64,000 bases of DNA from an uncultured Candidatus Saccharibacteria bacterium (lineage in GTDB: Bacteria; Patescibacteriota; Saccharimonadia; CAILAD01; JADZBC01). Below are positions 8,962 through 19,235 of the stretch, one piece after another (the stretch's first letter is position 1; the number at the start of each line of letters is the position of its first letter). The stretch is from the NCBI GenBank assembly GCA_964413715.1, contig CAYPSN010000001.1, forward strand, positions 10,613 to 74,612, read 5' to 3'. Position numbers and translations under genes: made by a program. The notes under the pieces were generated by a model. That model saw only the letters and a program-made list of their open reading frames with translations. It had not been told where the DNA came from and did not search any database.

Positions 8962-10671
8962 ATGGCGAAAAAACATATAGCTGACACCACCAGGCTTGGG
9001 TATGACTGGGTCTATGCGTCTGACGAGAGTGCACCAGTTGCAAGCTATCCCGAACTGAAAAAGCTTCTCTTGCGTCAATTAAAGCTTAGTGAGCAGGACG
9101 ATGATTTCTTTACACCAGACTATAGTGAGACTCTGCATGACCCTTTGTTGCTAGGCGGCGTGGAAGCTGCAGTTAGGCGCATTGATCAGGCTCTAGAGCG
9201 TAATGAGCAGATTGTGGTATACGGCGATTACGACATCGACGGCATTACAGCCACTGCACTACTCGTAGACGTATTGCGACAGCTTGGGGCTCAGGTTCGT
9301 CCCTATATCCCTGACAGGTTTGAAGAGGGCTACGGGCTCAACGATGAGGCGCTTCTAGGGCTCAAGAAGTCTGGAGCGGATCTGGTTATTACCGTTGATT
9401 GTGGCATTACCTCGGCAAATGAAGTTGCTAAAGCAGCGCAGAGCGGCCTCGAGATTATCGTGACTGACCATCATACAGTGCCAGAGGCTACACCAGATGC
9501 TGCAGTTGCGTGCATTAACCCACGCTTAAAAAACGACCCGTACCCATATAAAGACTTGGCTGGGGTGGCGGTGGCGTTCAAGTTGGCCAAAGCCCTTGCA
9601 GCTCAACATCCAGACAAAATAAAGCCTGGGCAAGAGAAGTGGCTGCTAGATTTGGTGGCTCTCGGTACCGTCTGCGACGTTGTGCCGCTGAATGGTGAAA
9701 ATCGCGCTCTTGTACAGTTTGGCCTGAAGGTCTTGGCCAAGACGCCGCGAGTTGGTCTTCAGGCTTTGGCCGAGGTAAGTAGTGTGGAGCTAAAAAGCAT
9801 TCAGGCAAGCGATCTAGGCTTTCGGTTTGGGCCGCGACTCAATGCAGCGGGGCGACTTGAACATGCCTCGAAAGCCTTGCAGCTTGTTATTACTCAGGAT
9901 GTGGAAGAGGCCAAACGACTTGCGCATGACCTTAACCAGCTTAATCGCGAACGGCAAGAGGAAACAACTCGAATATTTGCCGAGGCAATGGCGCAGGCCG
10001 AACAATTCAGCTCAGATAGCATTTTGGTATTGTCAGATCCAAATTGGTCGCATGGTATCGTTGGCTTGGTGGCGAGCAGGGTAAGCGAGGCCATGCATAA
10101 GCCAGCAATTATTTTGCAGGAGCTGGGTGGTAAGACTAAGGGTTCGGCGCGTAGCATTGGTCAATTCAATATTATCCAGGCCGTGAATGCTTGCTCTGAC
10201 ATACTAGAGCGCCACGGGGGCCATGCTTTTGCGGCGGGTATGACGCTGAATACAACTCAAATTAGTGAATTCCGCCGCCGGATTAATCTGTATGCTGCAG
10301 AGCACAAGGATGATTTGTTGGTTGGTAGAGAACTTACTATTGCAGCCCAGCTGGATATAGCGCTGCTTCATAAGGACCTTCTCGCTTTACTTGATAGTTT
10401 TGAGCCGTTTGGCAACGGCAACTCGCAGCCAGTTTTGAGTGCACAGCTGAAACTTAGCAGATTACGCCCAGTCGGCGCTGACTTGAGTCACTTGCAGTTT
10501 GGATTTGAAGCTCCCGGTGGGGTGATTGGGGGAATCAGTTTTGGCGCGACTACAAAGTGGCCTTGGCTGAAGGTGGGCGAGACAGTCCAGGTGGCTTTTC
10601 GCGCTAGCCGCAACATTTGGCAAGGGGTAGAGAGCCTGCAGCTAGAGGTGGTCGACGTAAGGCCCGCATAG
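8962..10671 (+). CDS. recJ: ssDNA-specific exonuclease RecJ
   Basis: YGDYDIDG, TVDCG, TDHH, GSARS, GGHAFAAG. Confidence 0.95.
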   Translation: MAKKHIADTTRLGYDWVYASDESAPVASYPELKKLLLRQLKLSEQDDDFFTPDYSETLHDPLLLGGVEAAVRRIDQALERNEQIVVYGDYDIDGITATALLVDVLRQLGAQVRPYIPDRFEEGYGLNDEALLGLKKSGADLVITVDCGITSANEVAKAAQSGLEIIVTDHHTVPEATPDAAVACINPRLKNDPYPYKDLAGVAVAFKLAKALAAQHPDKIKPGQEKWLLDLVALGTVCDVVPLNGENRALVQFGLKVLAKTPRVGLQALAEVSSVELKSIQASDLGFRFGPRLNAAGRLEHASKALQLVITQDVEEAKRLAHDLNQLNRERQEETTRIFAEAMAQAEQFSSDSILVLSDPNWSHGIVGLVASRVSEAMHKPAIILQELGGKTKGSARSIGQFNIIQAVNACSDILERHGGHAFAAGMTLNTTQISEFRRRINLYAAEHKDDLLVGRELTIAAQLDIALLHKDLLALLDSFEPFGNGNSQPVLSAQLKLSRLRPVGADLSHLQFGFEAPGGVIGGISFGATTKWPWLKVGETVQVAFRASRNIWQGVESLQLEVVDVRPA

Positions 10672-10750
10672 GCTTGAATAAGAATGAATTTTAACGTATA
10701 ATTACTCCTGAATTACACAAGATAACACGATAACAACAGGAGTTAATGAG

Positions 10751-10960
10751 TTGATTCAAGTAACAGCTAAAGATAACGAGTCGGCCGAGAGCTTACTACG
10801 CCGCTTTAATAAGAAAGTAATTCAGTCTGGAGTGCTCGGCGAAGCACGTCGTAAACGATACTTCGAAAAGCCAGTTTCTAAGACTGAAGCTCGGGCTACA
10901 GCTATCCGCAAAGCAAAGCGCAAAGAACAGAAAACCCGCGAACTTTTAGGGATTAAGTAA
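10751..10960 (+). CDS. rpsU: 30S ribosomal protein S21
   Basis: ESLLRRFNKKV..RYFEKP; TTG start after AGGAG. Confidence 0.9.
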   Translation: MIQVTAKDNESAESLLRRFNKKVIQSGVLGEARRKRYFEKPVSKTEARATAIRKAKRKEQKTRELLGIK

Positions 10961-11397
10961 TGCACGTCATCGAGCAGCTCGAACAAGATTTAGCAGCTGC
11001 CATGCGAGAGCGTGATCAGGTACGCCTGCAGGTTCTTCGTTTACTCAAGAGTGCACTCAAGAACTATCAAATTGAAGTAGGGCATGAGCTAAGTCAGCAA
11101 GAAATGATGCGTGTTCTGCAGAAAGAAGCTAAGAAGCGTCGTGATTCGATCGAGGCATACGAGAAAGCCGGTCGCAACGACTTAGTGGCCGAAGAGTCTG
11201 CTGAACTTAAGGAGATTGATCGCTATTTGCCGGCTCAAATGAGTGACGATGAGCTTCGTGCTATTACACAGAAGGTTATTGGTGATAATCCAGAGGCACA
11301 GATGGGTCAAATTATCGGCCAAGTGTTGGCACGTACTGACGGGCAAGCTGATGGCGCAGCGGTGAGTCGTATCGTGCGTGAAGAATTGAGTAAATAG
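10960..11397 (+). CDS. GatB/YqeY domain protein
   Basis: KKRRDSIEAYEKAGRNDL..YLPAQMS..MG..ADG; typical rpsU neighbour. Confidence 0.9.
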   Translation: MHVIEQLEQDLAAAMRERDQVRLQVLRLLKSALKNYQIEVGHELSQQEMMRVLQKEAKKRRDSIEAYEKAGRNDLVAEESAELKEIDRYLPAQMSDDELRAITQKVIGDNPEAQMGQIIGQVLARTDGQADGAAVSRIVREELSK

Positions 11398-11407
11398 GCA
11401 AAACACT

Positions 11408-11884
11408 ATGGCTCTAAGCCTAACGATTGCTACTCCATTACCAGAGGGGATTTCGACCGAAGATTTGTCACTCGCACTCGATGCGACTGAAATCGCGGCT
11501 GACGTAACTGCAGCAGGGCAAATCAGTTTGGCGCTGGTGGACGAGAAGACCACCCAGCAGCTTAATAAGCAATACGCTGGCAATGACTACGCTACGGACG
11601 TATTGAGCTTTAACTACTTCGAGGACGAAGCTGAGGAGCCTAGTCAAGAGGATACACTAGGCGAGGTAATAATTTGCCTGCCAATTGCTCAGAAACAGGC
11701 CGAGGAGCACGATCAGACTCTACGCAGCGAAATTATGCTGCTCTTCGTGCATGGTCTTATGCATATCTTCGGATTCGATCACCAGTCTCCTGATGACCAA
11801 GCTAGCTTTGAGACCGCCCAGGGTGCTATATTAAGTAAGCTTAAGATTAATGCGAGGAATATATTTGATGGTAACTCTCGGTAG
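11408..11884 (+). CDS. ybeY: rRNA maturation endoribonuclease YbeY
   Basis: TDVLSF and HGLMHIFGFDH motifs. Confidence 0.9.
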   Translation: MALSLTIATPLPEGISTEDLSLALDATEIAADVTAAGQISLALVDEKTTQQLNKQYAGNDYATDVLSFNYFEDEAEEPSQEDTLGEVIICLPIAQKQAEEHDQTLRSEIMLLFVHGLMHIFGFDHQSPDDQASFETAQGAILSKLKINARNIFDGNSR

Positions 11885-12227
11885 TTTTCGGCACGCGTTT
11901 AAGGGGCTTCGGGCGGTAGTAAGTCGTGAGCGTAATGCGCGCATTCATTTATTTTTTGCCTTTCTGGCAATTGTGGCAAGTTGGTTCTTTAAGATATCAG
12001 TTTTCCAGCTATCACTCGTAATTTTGGCTATCATTTTGGTTTTCTTTGCCGAAATTACCAATACTGCCATCGAACGCACGCTCGATATAATCACAACCGA
12101 GAGAAGCCAAGTTGTCCAGCTGGTCAAAGACATGACAGCCGGCGGGGTATTGGTTTGTGCTCTTGGCGCTCTCGCATTGGCAATTTGTATTTTTGGTCCA
12201 CGCGTATATGAAATGGTAGTGCGATGA
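11868..12227 (+). CDS. dgkA: Diacylglycerol/undecaprenol kinase family protein
   Basis: SFRHAFKGL..ERNARIH..EITNTAIE..VKDMTAGGV; start taken at ATG 11868. Confidence 0.85.
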   Translation: MVTLGSFRHAFKGLRAVVSRERNARIHLFFAFLAIVASWFFKISVFQLSLVILAIILVFFAEITNTAIERTLDIITTERSQVVQLVKDMTAGGVLVCALGALALAICIFGPRVYEMVVR

Positions 12228-12772
12228 GTCGGCACATCGTAGTTTTGGGTATGCCTGGGGCTGGTAAAGACACACAGTGTGACTTGCTGGCCAGTAAACT
12301 TAAGGCTAGCGTGATTAAGACTGGCGACATCGCGCGCTCACTCGCCAAAACGAACACAGATGTGGCTCGAATTCTCAAAAACGGTGGTTTAGTGAGTGAC
12401 GAATTGATTAACGCCGAGCTCAAAAAAATCCTTCATAACACATCATCTCAATCTGATATTATCTACGATGGCTTCCCACGACGGGTTGCGCAGGCGCAGT
12501 GGCTTGATGAAGTTTTGAGCGAAAAAGAATCATCGCAACTGAGTGTATTTTTCTTGCGTATCAGTCACGCAACGGCCCAACAAAGACTGATGAGCCGCGG
12601 CCGAGCTGACGATACGCGCGAGATAATCGAAAATCGCCTGAATGTATTCATGCAAGAAACTGAGCCGGTTCTTGGCTACTATCGATCAAGCGGAAGACTG
12701 GTAGAGATTGATGGCGAGCCTTCAGTCGATTCAATCCATGAACAGATATTAAAAGAGTTAGGGCAGGCATAG
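12224..12772 (+). CDS. adk: Adenylate kinase (short LID)
   Basis: GMPGAGKDTQ, DGFPR, RGRADD; precedes map. Confidence 0.9.
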   Translation: MSRHIVVLGMPGAGKDTQCDLLASKLKASVIKTGDIARSLAKTNTDVARILKNGGLVSDELINAELKKILHNTSSQSDIIYDGFPRRVAQAQWLDEVLSEKESSQLSVFFLRISHATAQQRLMSRGRADDTREIIENRLNVFMQETEPVLGYYRSSGRLVEIDGEPSVDSIHEQILKELGQA

Positions 12773-12773
12773 T

Positions 12774-13526
12774 ATGAAAACGCAGGTTAAAACACCGCAA
12801 GAAATCGCTGCGATGCGTCATGGTGGTAAGATATTGGCTCAAACCCTGCAGACTCTTAAGTCACGCACGGTTGCCGGTATGAAAACGGTTGAAATTGACA
12901 TGATGGCGCGCGAGATACTCAAGGAGCAAGGTGTACGGCCGGCTTTTCTTGGCTTTGATGGTTTTCCTGCCAGTATCTGTATCTCTGTCAATGAGGAAAT
13001 CGTGCACGGCATTCCTTCTGATCGCATTCTGCACGATGGTGACCTGGTGAAGTTTGATTTTGGCGTAGAGCATGAAGGGATGATCACCGATAGTGCAATT
13101 AGTTTTATATTGGGGGCGACAACTAATCCGCAGGCTGAAAAACTTATTAAGGCCACCGAAGAGGCATTAGCTCGGGCCATCAATGAGATTCGAGATGGCG
13201 TGCGCGTGGGTGATTTGGGGCAAATCATCGGCCAGACCATTCAGAAGCACGGGTTTTATGTATTGCAGTCGCTTGGTGGTCATGGTGTGGGTCATAGGCT
13301 CCATGAAGAACCCTGGATAGGTAATGATGGGGTGGCTGGTACCGGACAAACTCTAAGGGCAGGCATGACGATTGCATTGGAGCCGATTGCCTCGATCGGC
13401 ACCGAAGAGCTTGTCATGGCAGACGATGGCTGGACCTGCATTACCGATGACGGTTCGCTCGCTGCGCAAAGTGAACACACAATTCTTATCACTGACTCTG
13501 GCGCTGAGATTCTGACATTACCTTAG
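12774..13526 (+). CDS. map: Methionine aminopeptidase type I
   Basis: SVNEEIVHGIP, GHGVGHRLHEEP, EHTILIT. Confidence 0.95.
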   Translation: MKTQVKTPQEIAAMRHGGKILAQTLQTLKSRTVAGMKTVEIDMMAREILKEQGVRPAFLGFDGFPASICISVNEEIVHGIPSDRILHDGDLVKFDFGVEHEGMITDSAISFILGATTNPQAEKLIKATEEALARAINEIRDGVRVGDLGQIIGQTIQKHGFYVLQSLGGHGVGHRLHEEPWIGNDGVAGTGQTLRAGMTIALEPIASIGTEELVMADDGWTCITDDGSLAAQSEHTILITDSGAEILTLP

Positions 13527-13586
13527 GCATTTTGTATCAATAGTTTGCGCAACTACCTGCGCCATGTAATAATGGGATAGATTAAG

Positions 13587-14828
13587 GTGAGTTATATGGC
13601 TGCGAAAAACGAATCAACATTTGTAGGCTTAGACATCGGCACAAGTAAAGTGGTGTTCGTGGTTGGCTTGCATCAAGAAGATATGGCCGAACCGAGTATT
13701 ATTGGGCTTGGTGTTGCGCCGACAACTGGTTTACGGCGTGGCACTGTTTCAGATGTTGAAGAAACCGTTGCCTCTATCACGACCGCGCTCGAAGAAGCTG
13801 AGCGTATGAGTGGCGTTACAATTGAGCGAGCCACCATAAGTGTAGACGGCGCCCATGTTCAGAGCCTCAACTCAAAAGGCGTTATTGCGGTTAGTCGTGC
13901 TGATCACGAAATCTCACGCGAGGATTTGGCACGGGTCGAGGAAGCAGCGGCCGCGATTCAGATGGATAGTAATCGTCAGATCCTGCAAGTCATCCCCAAA
14001 AGCTATACGGTAGATAGCCAAACAAACGTCGTGGATCCTGTTGGTATGAATGGGGTACGCCTAGAAGTTGATACGCACATTATTACCGCTGCTTCACCAG
14101 CCATGAAGAACCTCACCAACTCTGTTTTTCGGGCAGGTTTGCAGATCAACGATCAACTACTGGTGCCGTTGGCCGCAGCTCGTGCGGTACTATCGAAGCG
14201 CCAATTTGAGTTAGGTGTAGCTCTCGTTGATATCGGAGCAGAAACTACTGGCATTGCGGTGTTCGAGGAAGGTGGCATTACCTTTACGACAATTCTACCG
14301 GTCGGAGCCAATCACATTACGAAAGATCTGGTGTACGGTTTGCGCACTAACATTGATGTGGCAGAAAAGCTTAAGCTGGCACGCGCTACTGCAATGAAAG
14401 ATAAGGCAAAAGTAAACGAAAAGGTTGATCTGGCTGATTTTGGCGGGAATGGGGTAGTATCACAGGGTGAAATTGATAAGATCGTTACCTCGCGTTCGCA
14501 AGAGATCTTTGAAATGGTGCATGCGGAACTTCGCAAAGTCGGTAAAGACTCAATGCTGGCTGGCGGCGTGGTACTTACAGGCGGTGGCGCTAAGCTCAAA
14601 GACATCGACGCACTCGCTCAAAATATTCTAAAACTCAATGTCAGCATTGCAACCCCCAAGGGCTTTGGTGGCATCAGCGATAAAGTAAAGGACCCTGCCT
14701 ATGCGGCGGCTGTTGGGCTCATGCTTGAAGACATGAATCATATTCCCCCAGGCCATGGCGGCTTAAACCGCGCTATAGGCGGCGTATTGAATCAGATTAA
14801 GAGTATATTTAAAAACTTTCTACCGTAA
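13587..14828 (+). CDS. ftsA: Cell division protein FtsA
   Basis: GLDIGTSK, LVDIGAETT, VLTGGGA; upstream of ftsZ. Confidence 0.95.
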   Translation: MSYMAAKNESTFVGLDIGTSKVVFVVGLHQEDMAEPSIIGLGVAPTTGLRRGTVSDVEETVASITTALEEAERMSGVTIERATISVDGAHVQSLNSKGVIAVSRADHEISREDLARVEEAAAAIQMDSNRQILQVIPKSYTVDSQTNVVDPVGMNGVRLEVDTHIITAASPAMKNLTNSVFRAGLQINDQLLVPLAAARAVLSKRQFELGVALVDIGAETTGIAVFEEGGITFTTILPVGANHITKDLVYGLRTNIDVAEKLKLARATAMKDKAKVNEKVDLADFGGNGVVSQGEIDKIVTSRSQEIFEMVHAELRKVGKDSMLAGGVVLTGGGAKLKDIDALAQNILKLNVSIATPKGFGGISDKVKDPAYAAAVGLMLEDMNHIPPGHGGLNRAIGGVLNQIKSIFKNFLP

Positions 14829-14912
14829 ATAAGTCGGTCTACCTAAATTATTCCTCATAAGCAGCTGCGATTGATTGTGTTTACATCTCGATGCTCGCGC
14901 CGTTATGGTTCT

Positions 14913-14921
14913 TGTGGATAA
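14913..14921 (-). promoter_or_regulatory. Perfect DnaA box (TTATCCACA) in the ftsA-ftsZ intergenic region
   Basis: TGTGGATAA on the plus strand; single copy, followed by an AT-rich tract. Confidence 0.45.
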
Positions 14922-15016
14922 CTTCAATGTCATTATTCAATTAATGACTAAAAATATAAACATATTGAACACTAAAAATATTCATAAGAATTATATTTGG
15001 TAATTGAGTAAAATAT

Positions 15017-15045
15017 TTGCATTATCTGTGCAACTTCGCTATACT
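15017..15045 (+). promoter_or_regulatory. Sigma70-type promoter of ftsZ
   Basis: TTGCAT-17 bp-TATACT. Confidence 0.6.
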
Positions 15046-15161
15046 TTTGGCATACCGAATGAGTAGCGGTATGTGTGTGGCAAGGTACACTTCTCGATAG
15101 AGAAGGGATATTAGACTCCTCTTAGGGGGAGATCGGCAATTATACAAAGGGTACAAAATCA

Positions 15162-16562
15162 ATGGCAGAAATTCGTCCAGAAATTGAGACATTTGCACGC
15201 ATCAAAGTAGTTGGTGTGGGTGGAGGTGGAAACAACGCCCTTAACCGCATGATCCAATCAAGTATTCGTGGCATTGATTTTGTAGCTGTTAACACAGACG
15301 CACAAGCTCTTCATTATTCTCAAGCTGCCAAAAAAGTTCATATTGGCAAAGAAGCTACGCGTGGTCTTGGTGCAGGCGCAAACCCTGAAGTGGGTAAAAT
15401 CGCTGCCGAAGAGAGCGAAGAGGACATTTTCGAGGCGCTCAAGGGTAGTGAAATGGTCTTTATTACTGGTGGCTGCGGTGGTGGTACTGCAAGTGGTGCC
15501 GCACCTGTCATAGCACGTATTGCCAGGGAAATTGGCGCCCTAACGGTAGCAATTATGACGAAGCCTTTTGCATTCGAAGGCGATCGTAGGCGAAAAATTG
15601 CCGAGTCGGCGCTCGAAGAGTTACGCGACAAGGTCGATACCCTCATTGTGATACCAAATGACCGTATCTTGCAGATTATTGATCGAAAAACTTCACTCCT
15701 AGATGCTTTTGGGGCGGTTGATAATGTACTGCGTCAGGGTGTACAGGGCATTTCTGATTTGATTACTGTGAACGGTCTGGTTAACTTGGACTTCGCTGAT
15801 GTGAAGTCGATTATGAGCAATGCCGGCAGCGCATTGATGGGTATTGGTCATGGTTCTGGCGACAATCGAGCCGTTGAAGCTGTCAAACAGGCTATGGATT
15901 CACCGCTACTCGAAGTCTCGATACAGGGCGCTAAGGGTGTATTGATCAACTTTACCGGCGGACGAGACATGGGTATGCATGAAATTGAAGAGGCTGCGAA
16001 GCTCATTCACGACTCTGTTGACCCAGAAGCAAACATCATTTGGGGTACAGTGTTGGATGAAAACACGACTGGTGAAATCAAGGTAACTCTGGTGGCAACT
16101 GGGTTTGACGCTAATCGCAATCCCGTAGCGCAAACACATGGTTTTAGCGGCTTTGGAAGCTCGAGCGCTAATGTTGCACCTGTCGTTCCGACTCAGCCAG
16201 AATATCATGAGCCAGTTGAGCCTGAAGTTGAGGAAATCCCTTATATTCGCGAACAGCCTCGCGCAGTCTTTGATACGAACGACGTAGAACCCCTTGTAAA
16301 AGCCACTCCCGAACCCGAAAAGACTATAATGGATGACCCAATCCATGGCTTTGACCTAGAAGAGCCACTTGTCGAAGAAGAGTCTGTTGTGGAGCCTGCG
16401 CCTACAGTGCAGCCCCAGCAGCCGATTATTGAGCAAGCCTCTGGATTTTTAGGCGACGAAGATGACCTAGAAAAACCAGCTTACCTCCGCCAGGGCACTA
16501 AGCTTGATCAAAAAGCTGGTGATGACGACGATATTCCGAGTTTTGTAAAAAAGAAAATGTAG
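15162..16562 (+). CDS. ftsZ: Cell division protein FtsZ
   Basis: [17 protein letters not shown] tubulin signature, NLDFADV, C-terminal DIPSF peptide. Confidence 0.97.
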   Translation: MAEIRPEIETFARIKVVGVGGGGNNALNRMIQSSIRGIDFVAVNTDAQALHYSQAAKKVHIGKEATRGLGAGANPEVGKIAAEESEEDIFEALKGSEMVFITGGCGGGTASGAAPVIARIAREIGALTVAIMTKPFAFEGDRRRKIAESALEELRDKVDTLIVIPNDRILQIIDRKTSLLDAFGAVDNVLRQGVQGISDLITVNGLVNLDFADVKSIMSNAGSALMGIGHGSGDNRAVEAVKQAMDSPLLEVSIQGAKGVLINFTGGRDMGMHEIEEAAKLIHDSVDPEANIIWGTVLDENTTGEIKVTLVATGFDANRNPVAQTHGFSGFGSSSANVAPVVPTQPEYHEPVEPEVEEIPYIREQPRAVFDTNDVEPLVKATPEPEKTIMDDPIHGFDLEEPLVEEESVVEPAPTVQPQQPIIEQASGFLGDEDDLEKPAYLRQGTKLDQKAGDDDDIPSFVKKKM

Positions 16563-16582
16563 GTATCGGAGGGTCGAGTTAA

Positions 16583-17053
16583 ATGAAGTGTCCACGGTGC
16601 GGCTCACAGGAAAGTCGTGTACTCGAGTCTCGTGATGTTGAGCAGGAGAGCGTGATAAGGCGACGCAGGGAGTGTTTAAGCTGTCAGCACCGCTTTACGA
16701 CGTATGAACGAATTGAGGCTGCTCATCTTTTGATTATTAAAAAGAATGGTGAGCGAGAGTTATTTGATAGAACTAAGCTCGCTAACGGTATTTATCAGGC
16801 ATTCCAAAAGCGCCCTGTCTCTGCAGACCAGATTGAAAGCATCATCACCTCGATTGAACAGGCCCTAAAGTCAACTGGTGATCATGAGCTACCAAGTACT
16901 ACTATCGGTGAATTGGTAATGGAGAAATTACGCGAGAGTGATGATGTGGCATATGTGCGTTTTGCCAGTGTTTATCGCAGCTTTGCCGATATCAAAAGCT
17001 TCGAAGCAGAGCTTAACCGTCTAAAGGCTCAGACCAAGGGTAAAACCAGCTAG
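16583..17053 (+). CDS. nrdR: Transcriptional repressor NrdR
   Basis: MKCPRC..RRRREC..RFTTYE Zn ribbon, ATP cone, YVRFASVYRSF. Confidence 0.95.
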   Translation: MKCPRCGSQESRVLESRDVEQESVIRRRRECLSCQHRFTTYERIEAAHLLIIKKNGERELFDRTKLANGIYQAFQKRPVSADQIESIITSIEQALKSTGDHELPSTTIGELVMEKLRESDDVAYVRFASVYRSFADIKSFEAELNRLKAQTKGKTS

Positions 17054-17093
17054 TTCACACATTTGGGTAAACTACTCATGCTATACTGCTAGT

Positions 17094-17330
17094 ATGAAGG
17101 TAATTGTACTTAGTAATGACAAGCAGGTCGACACGGAGAATCTCGGAAAGGTGCGTGCCGCAGTTCAGGTGGAGCGTCCGGAGTCTATAGAGGGCCAACG
17201 TTTCGTGAAGCTCTATGATGTTGTGCAGTTTCCGGCTTGTCTTGTTGTGACTGACGAGGGGAGTCTGGTGGAGCTTTGGCAGGGCAAAATGCCTCAGCCA
17301 AGCGAACTTATTTATCACACTGAGCGATAA
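17094..17330 (+). CDS. Small thioredoxin-fold-like hypothetical protein lacking CxxC
   Basis: YDVVQFPACLVV..G..V..WQG resembles the thioredoxin C-terminal half; TGnTATACT 6 nt before ATG. Confidence 0.6.
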   Translation: MKVIVLSNDKQVDTENLGKVRAAVQVERPESIEGQRFVKLYDVVQFPACLVVTDEGSLVELWQGKMPQPSELIYHTER

Positions 17331-17383
17331 TTTACAGATATGAAACGCCACAAAGAATAAAAAAGTAGTTCAATAATATTCTA

Positions 17384-18919
17384 TTACTCAACGCGCATGA
17401 TGCGTACCGTGTCGGTGCCGCCCGACACATTACGATGGCGGCCGTAAGCGCAAATCACATAGTCATTAGGTTTCACTGCACCAGTCTGCTTAAGCCTCGT
17501 GATGATGCGCTGGTTGGTATCGCTCGAATTGCTGATCAGTAGAGGCTTTCCACCCCAAACAATCGAAAGTTTGTTACATACATTCCTGTCTGGACTAGCC
17601 ATGATGATCGGTACCGCAGGCCTTAGGTTCGACACGCTGTAGGCTGTGTCTCCGGTCATGGTCTCAGCCACAATGAGTTTCGCACCAATTTGTTCTGCTA
17701 AGGTGATAGCGGCAAGGGAAATACTGGCAGGTATATTGTGATTTTGGGGTGTTTCGTCGGGCGAGTTATGCTGCTCGAAGACCAAACGCGTCGTATCATG
17801 GATTCTTTGCAGGTCAGGTTTGCGCAAGCTGGGTGCAATCAGTGCTGCTTTACCATACTCAGACGAAACAAAGTCTAGATTTATCGTACCCATGATGGAG
17901 TACTGCTCGGCCTTGAGAATGATGCGCTTCATCATCTTTACCGTTTCTACAGGGTAGTCACCAATGGCTGTTTCGCCCGAGAGCATAACGGCATCCACTC
18001 CTAGGAGCACGGCAGTAGAAACATCATTGGCTTCAGCTCGCGAAGGTTGGGTTGACTTTATCATGCTCTCAAGCATTTGCGTGGCCATAATAACAGGTTT
18101 ATTGTTGCGCCTGGCAGCTTCGATGATGCGTCGACCAACAATTGGTACGTTTTCGGCGCCAATTTCCACTGCCAAATCGCCGCGCGCAATCATTATGGCG
18201 TCACTAGCTTCAATAATGGCATCAAGATTCGTTACGGCGGCTTTTGTTTCGATCTTGGTAATAATATGGACGGGGTGATTGGCTGGCTTTAGGAGTCTTC
18301 GTACTTCTTTGATCGTTTTTACTGACTGAACGAAAGAGACTGCCACGTAGTCAACGTCTTCTTGAATGGCGAACAGGATGTCTTGCCTGTCTTTGTCAGT
18401 CACTACTGATCCTTTAAACACTGTGTCTGGCAGATTGATGCCGTGGTGACTTAGTACAACGCCGCTATTGAGCGCCTTTGCAGTAACAATGCCACCTTTG
18501 ACGTGCTTGACCACAAGGGCGATTTGGCCATCGCGCAAGTAAACATGCTCCCCAATACTGACTTCGTCGGCGAAGTTGTATTGCGAGGGAAGAATGCCAA
18601 GTTCCTCATCGTAGGTGTCTCCGAAGCTAAACCCGACCATATCACCGCGCTTAATCGTGACGCCTTTTTCAGGGAGTTCGCCAAGGCGGATTTTTGGGCC
18701 AGCAAGGTCTTGAATAACAGCAAGCCCTCGATCAAGCTTCCTGGAAGCGCGGCGTGCTATTGAGAGATTGCGTTTGTGAGTTCTGTAATCTCCATGCGAA
18801 AAGTTAAGACGAATGCCATTTACACCCGATTCTAAAAGCGATTCGATATGGTCTTCGCTGGATGGTCCGATTGTGGCGATGATTTTAGTTTTTTTATACG
18901 TGGTGGCATCACGAGTCAT
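17384..18919 (-). CDS. pyk: Pyruvate kinase
   Basis: TKIIATIGP, RLNFSHG, KIET, ARGDL, ATQMLESM, MLSGETA. Confidence 0.95.
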   Translation of the reverse strand: MTRDATTYKKTKIIATIGPSSEDHIESLLESGVNGIRLNFSHGDYRTHKRNLSIARRASRKLDRGLAVIQDLAGPKIRLGELPEKGVTIKRGDMVGFSFGDTYDEELGILPSQYNFADEVSIGEHVYLRDGQIALVVKHVKGGIVTAKALNSGVVLSHHGINLPDTVFKGSVVTDKDRQDILFAIQEDVDYVAVSFVQSVKTIKEVRRLLKPANHPVHIITKIETKAAVTNLDAIIEASDAIMIARGDLAVEIGAENVPIVGRRIIEAARRNNKPVIMATQMLESMIKSTQPSRAEANDVSTAVLLGVDAVMLSGETAIGDYPVETVKMMKRIILKAEQYSIMGTINLDFVSSEYGKAALIAPSLRKPDLQRIHDTTRLVFEQHNSPDETPQNHNIPASISLAAITLAEQIGAKLIVAETMTGDTAYSVSNLRPAVPIIMASPDRNVCNKLSIVWGGKPLLISNSSDTNQRIITRLKQTGAVKPNDYVICAYGRHRNVSGGTDTVRIMRVE

Positions 18920-19029
18920 GTTCGTATTGTACTGGTATTATGCTTATGCTGCAAAGGCATAATTGGTTGCACGAGTGCGAATTTGATTGTATAATCAAGA
19001 CCATACATGCGTCTCACTTTGCAAATAAG

Positions 19030-19200
19030 CATTGCCGGTGAGTAAGTGGCTATCAACCACGAAGCAGCAGGAAGAACAGTCGTTTTGACCAAGTAGAGCC
19101 TGACGGAAGCGCCCGTAAGTCGCATTAATTAAGTGCCAACGAGATGTCTCTCTTGGAAACTGGATGGTACCATCCGCTCGGTGAGTGGATTCCAGTATTC
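19030..19200 (+). promoter_or_regulatory. T-box riboswitch (ileS, ultrashort stem I, Ile specifier AUC)
   Basis: Stem I GTGG-CTATCAA-CCAC with ATC at 19052-19054; stem II CAGGAAGAAC..AGTAGAGCCTG; IIA/B ACGGAAGCGCCCGT; antiterminator ACTGGA-[TGGTACC]-ATCCGCTC/GAGTGGAT-TCCAGT (19159-19196). Confidence 0.88.
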
Positions 19201-19235
19201 AAAGGAGACTTTTTGTATTTTTTAAAGGAACATGT

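Noticed and set aside
14829-15016. Replication origin
   Set aside because: Only one perfect DnaA box and no dnaA/dnaN nearby; insufficient without GC-skew data.
18916-19235. 69-aa minus-strand ORF and the N-terminal extension of ileS from 19185
   Set aside because: Both overlap the T-box RNA, which explains the sequence.
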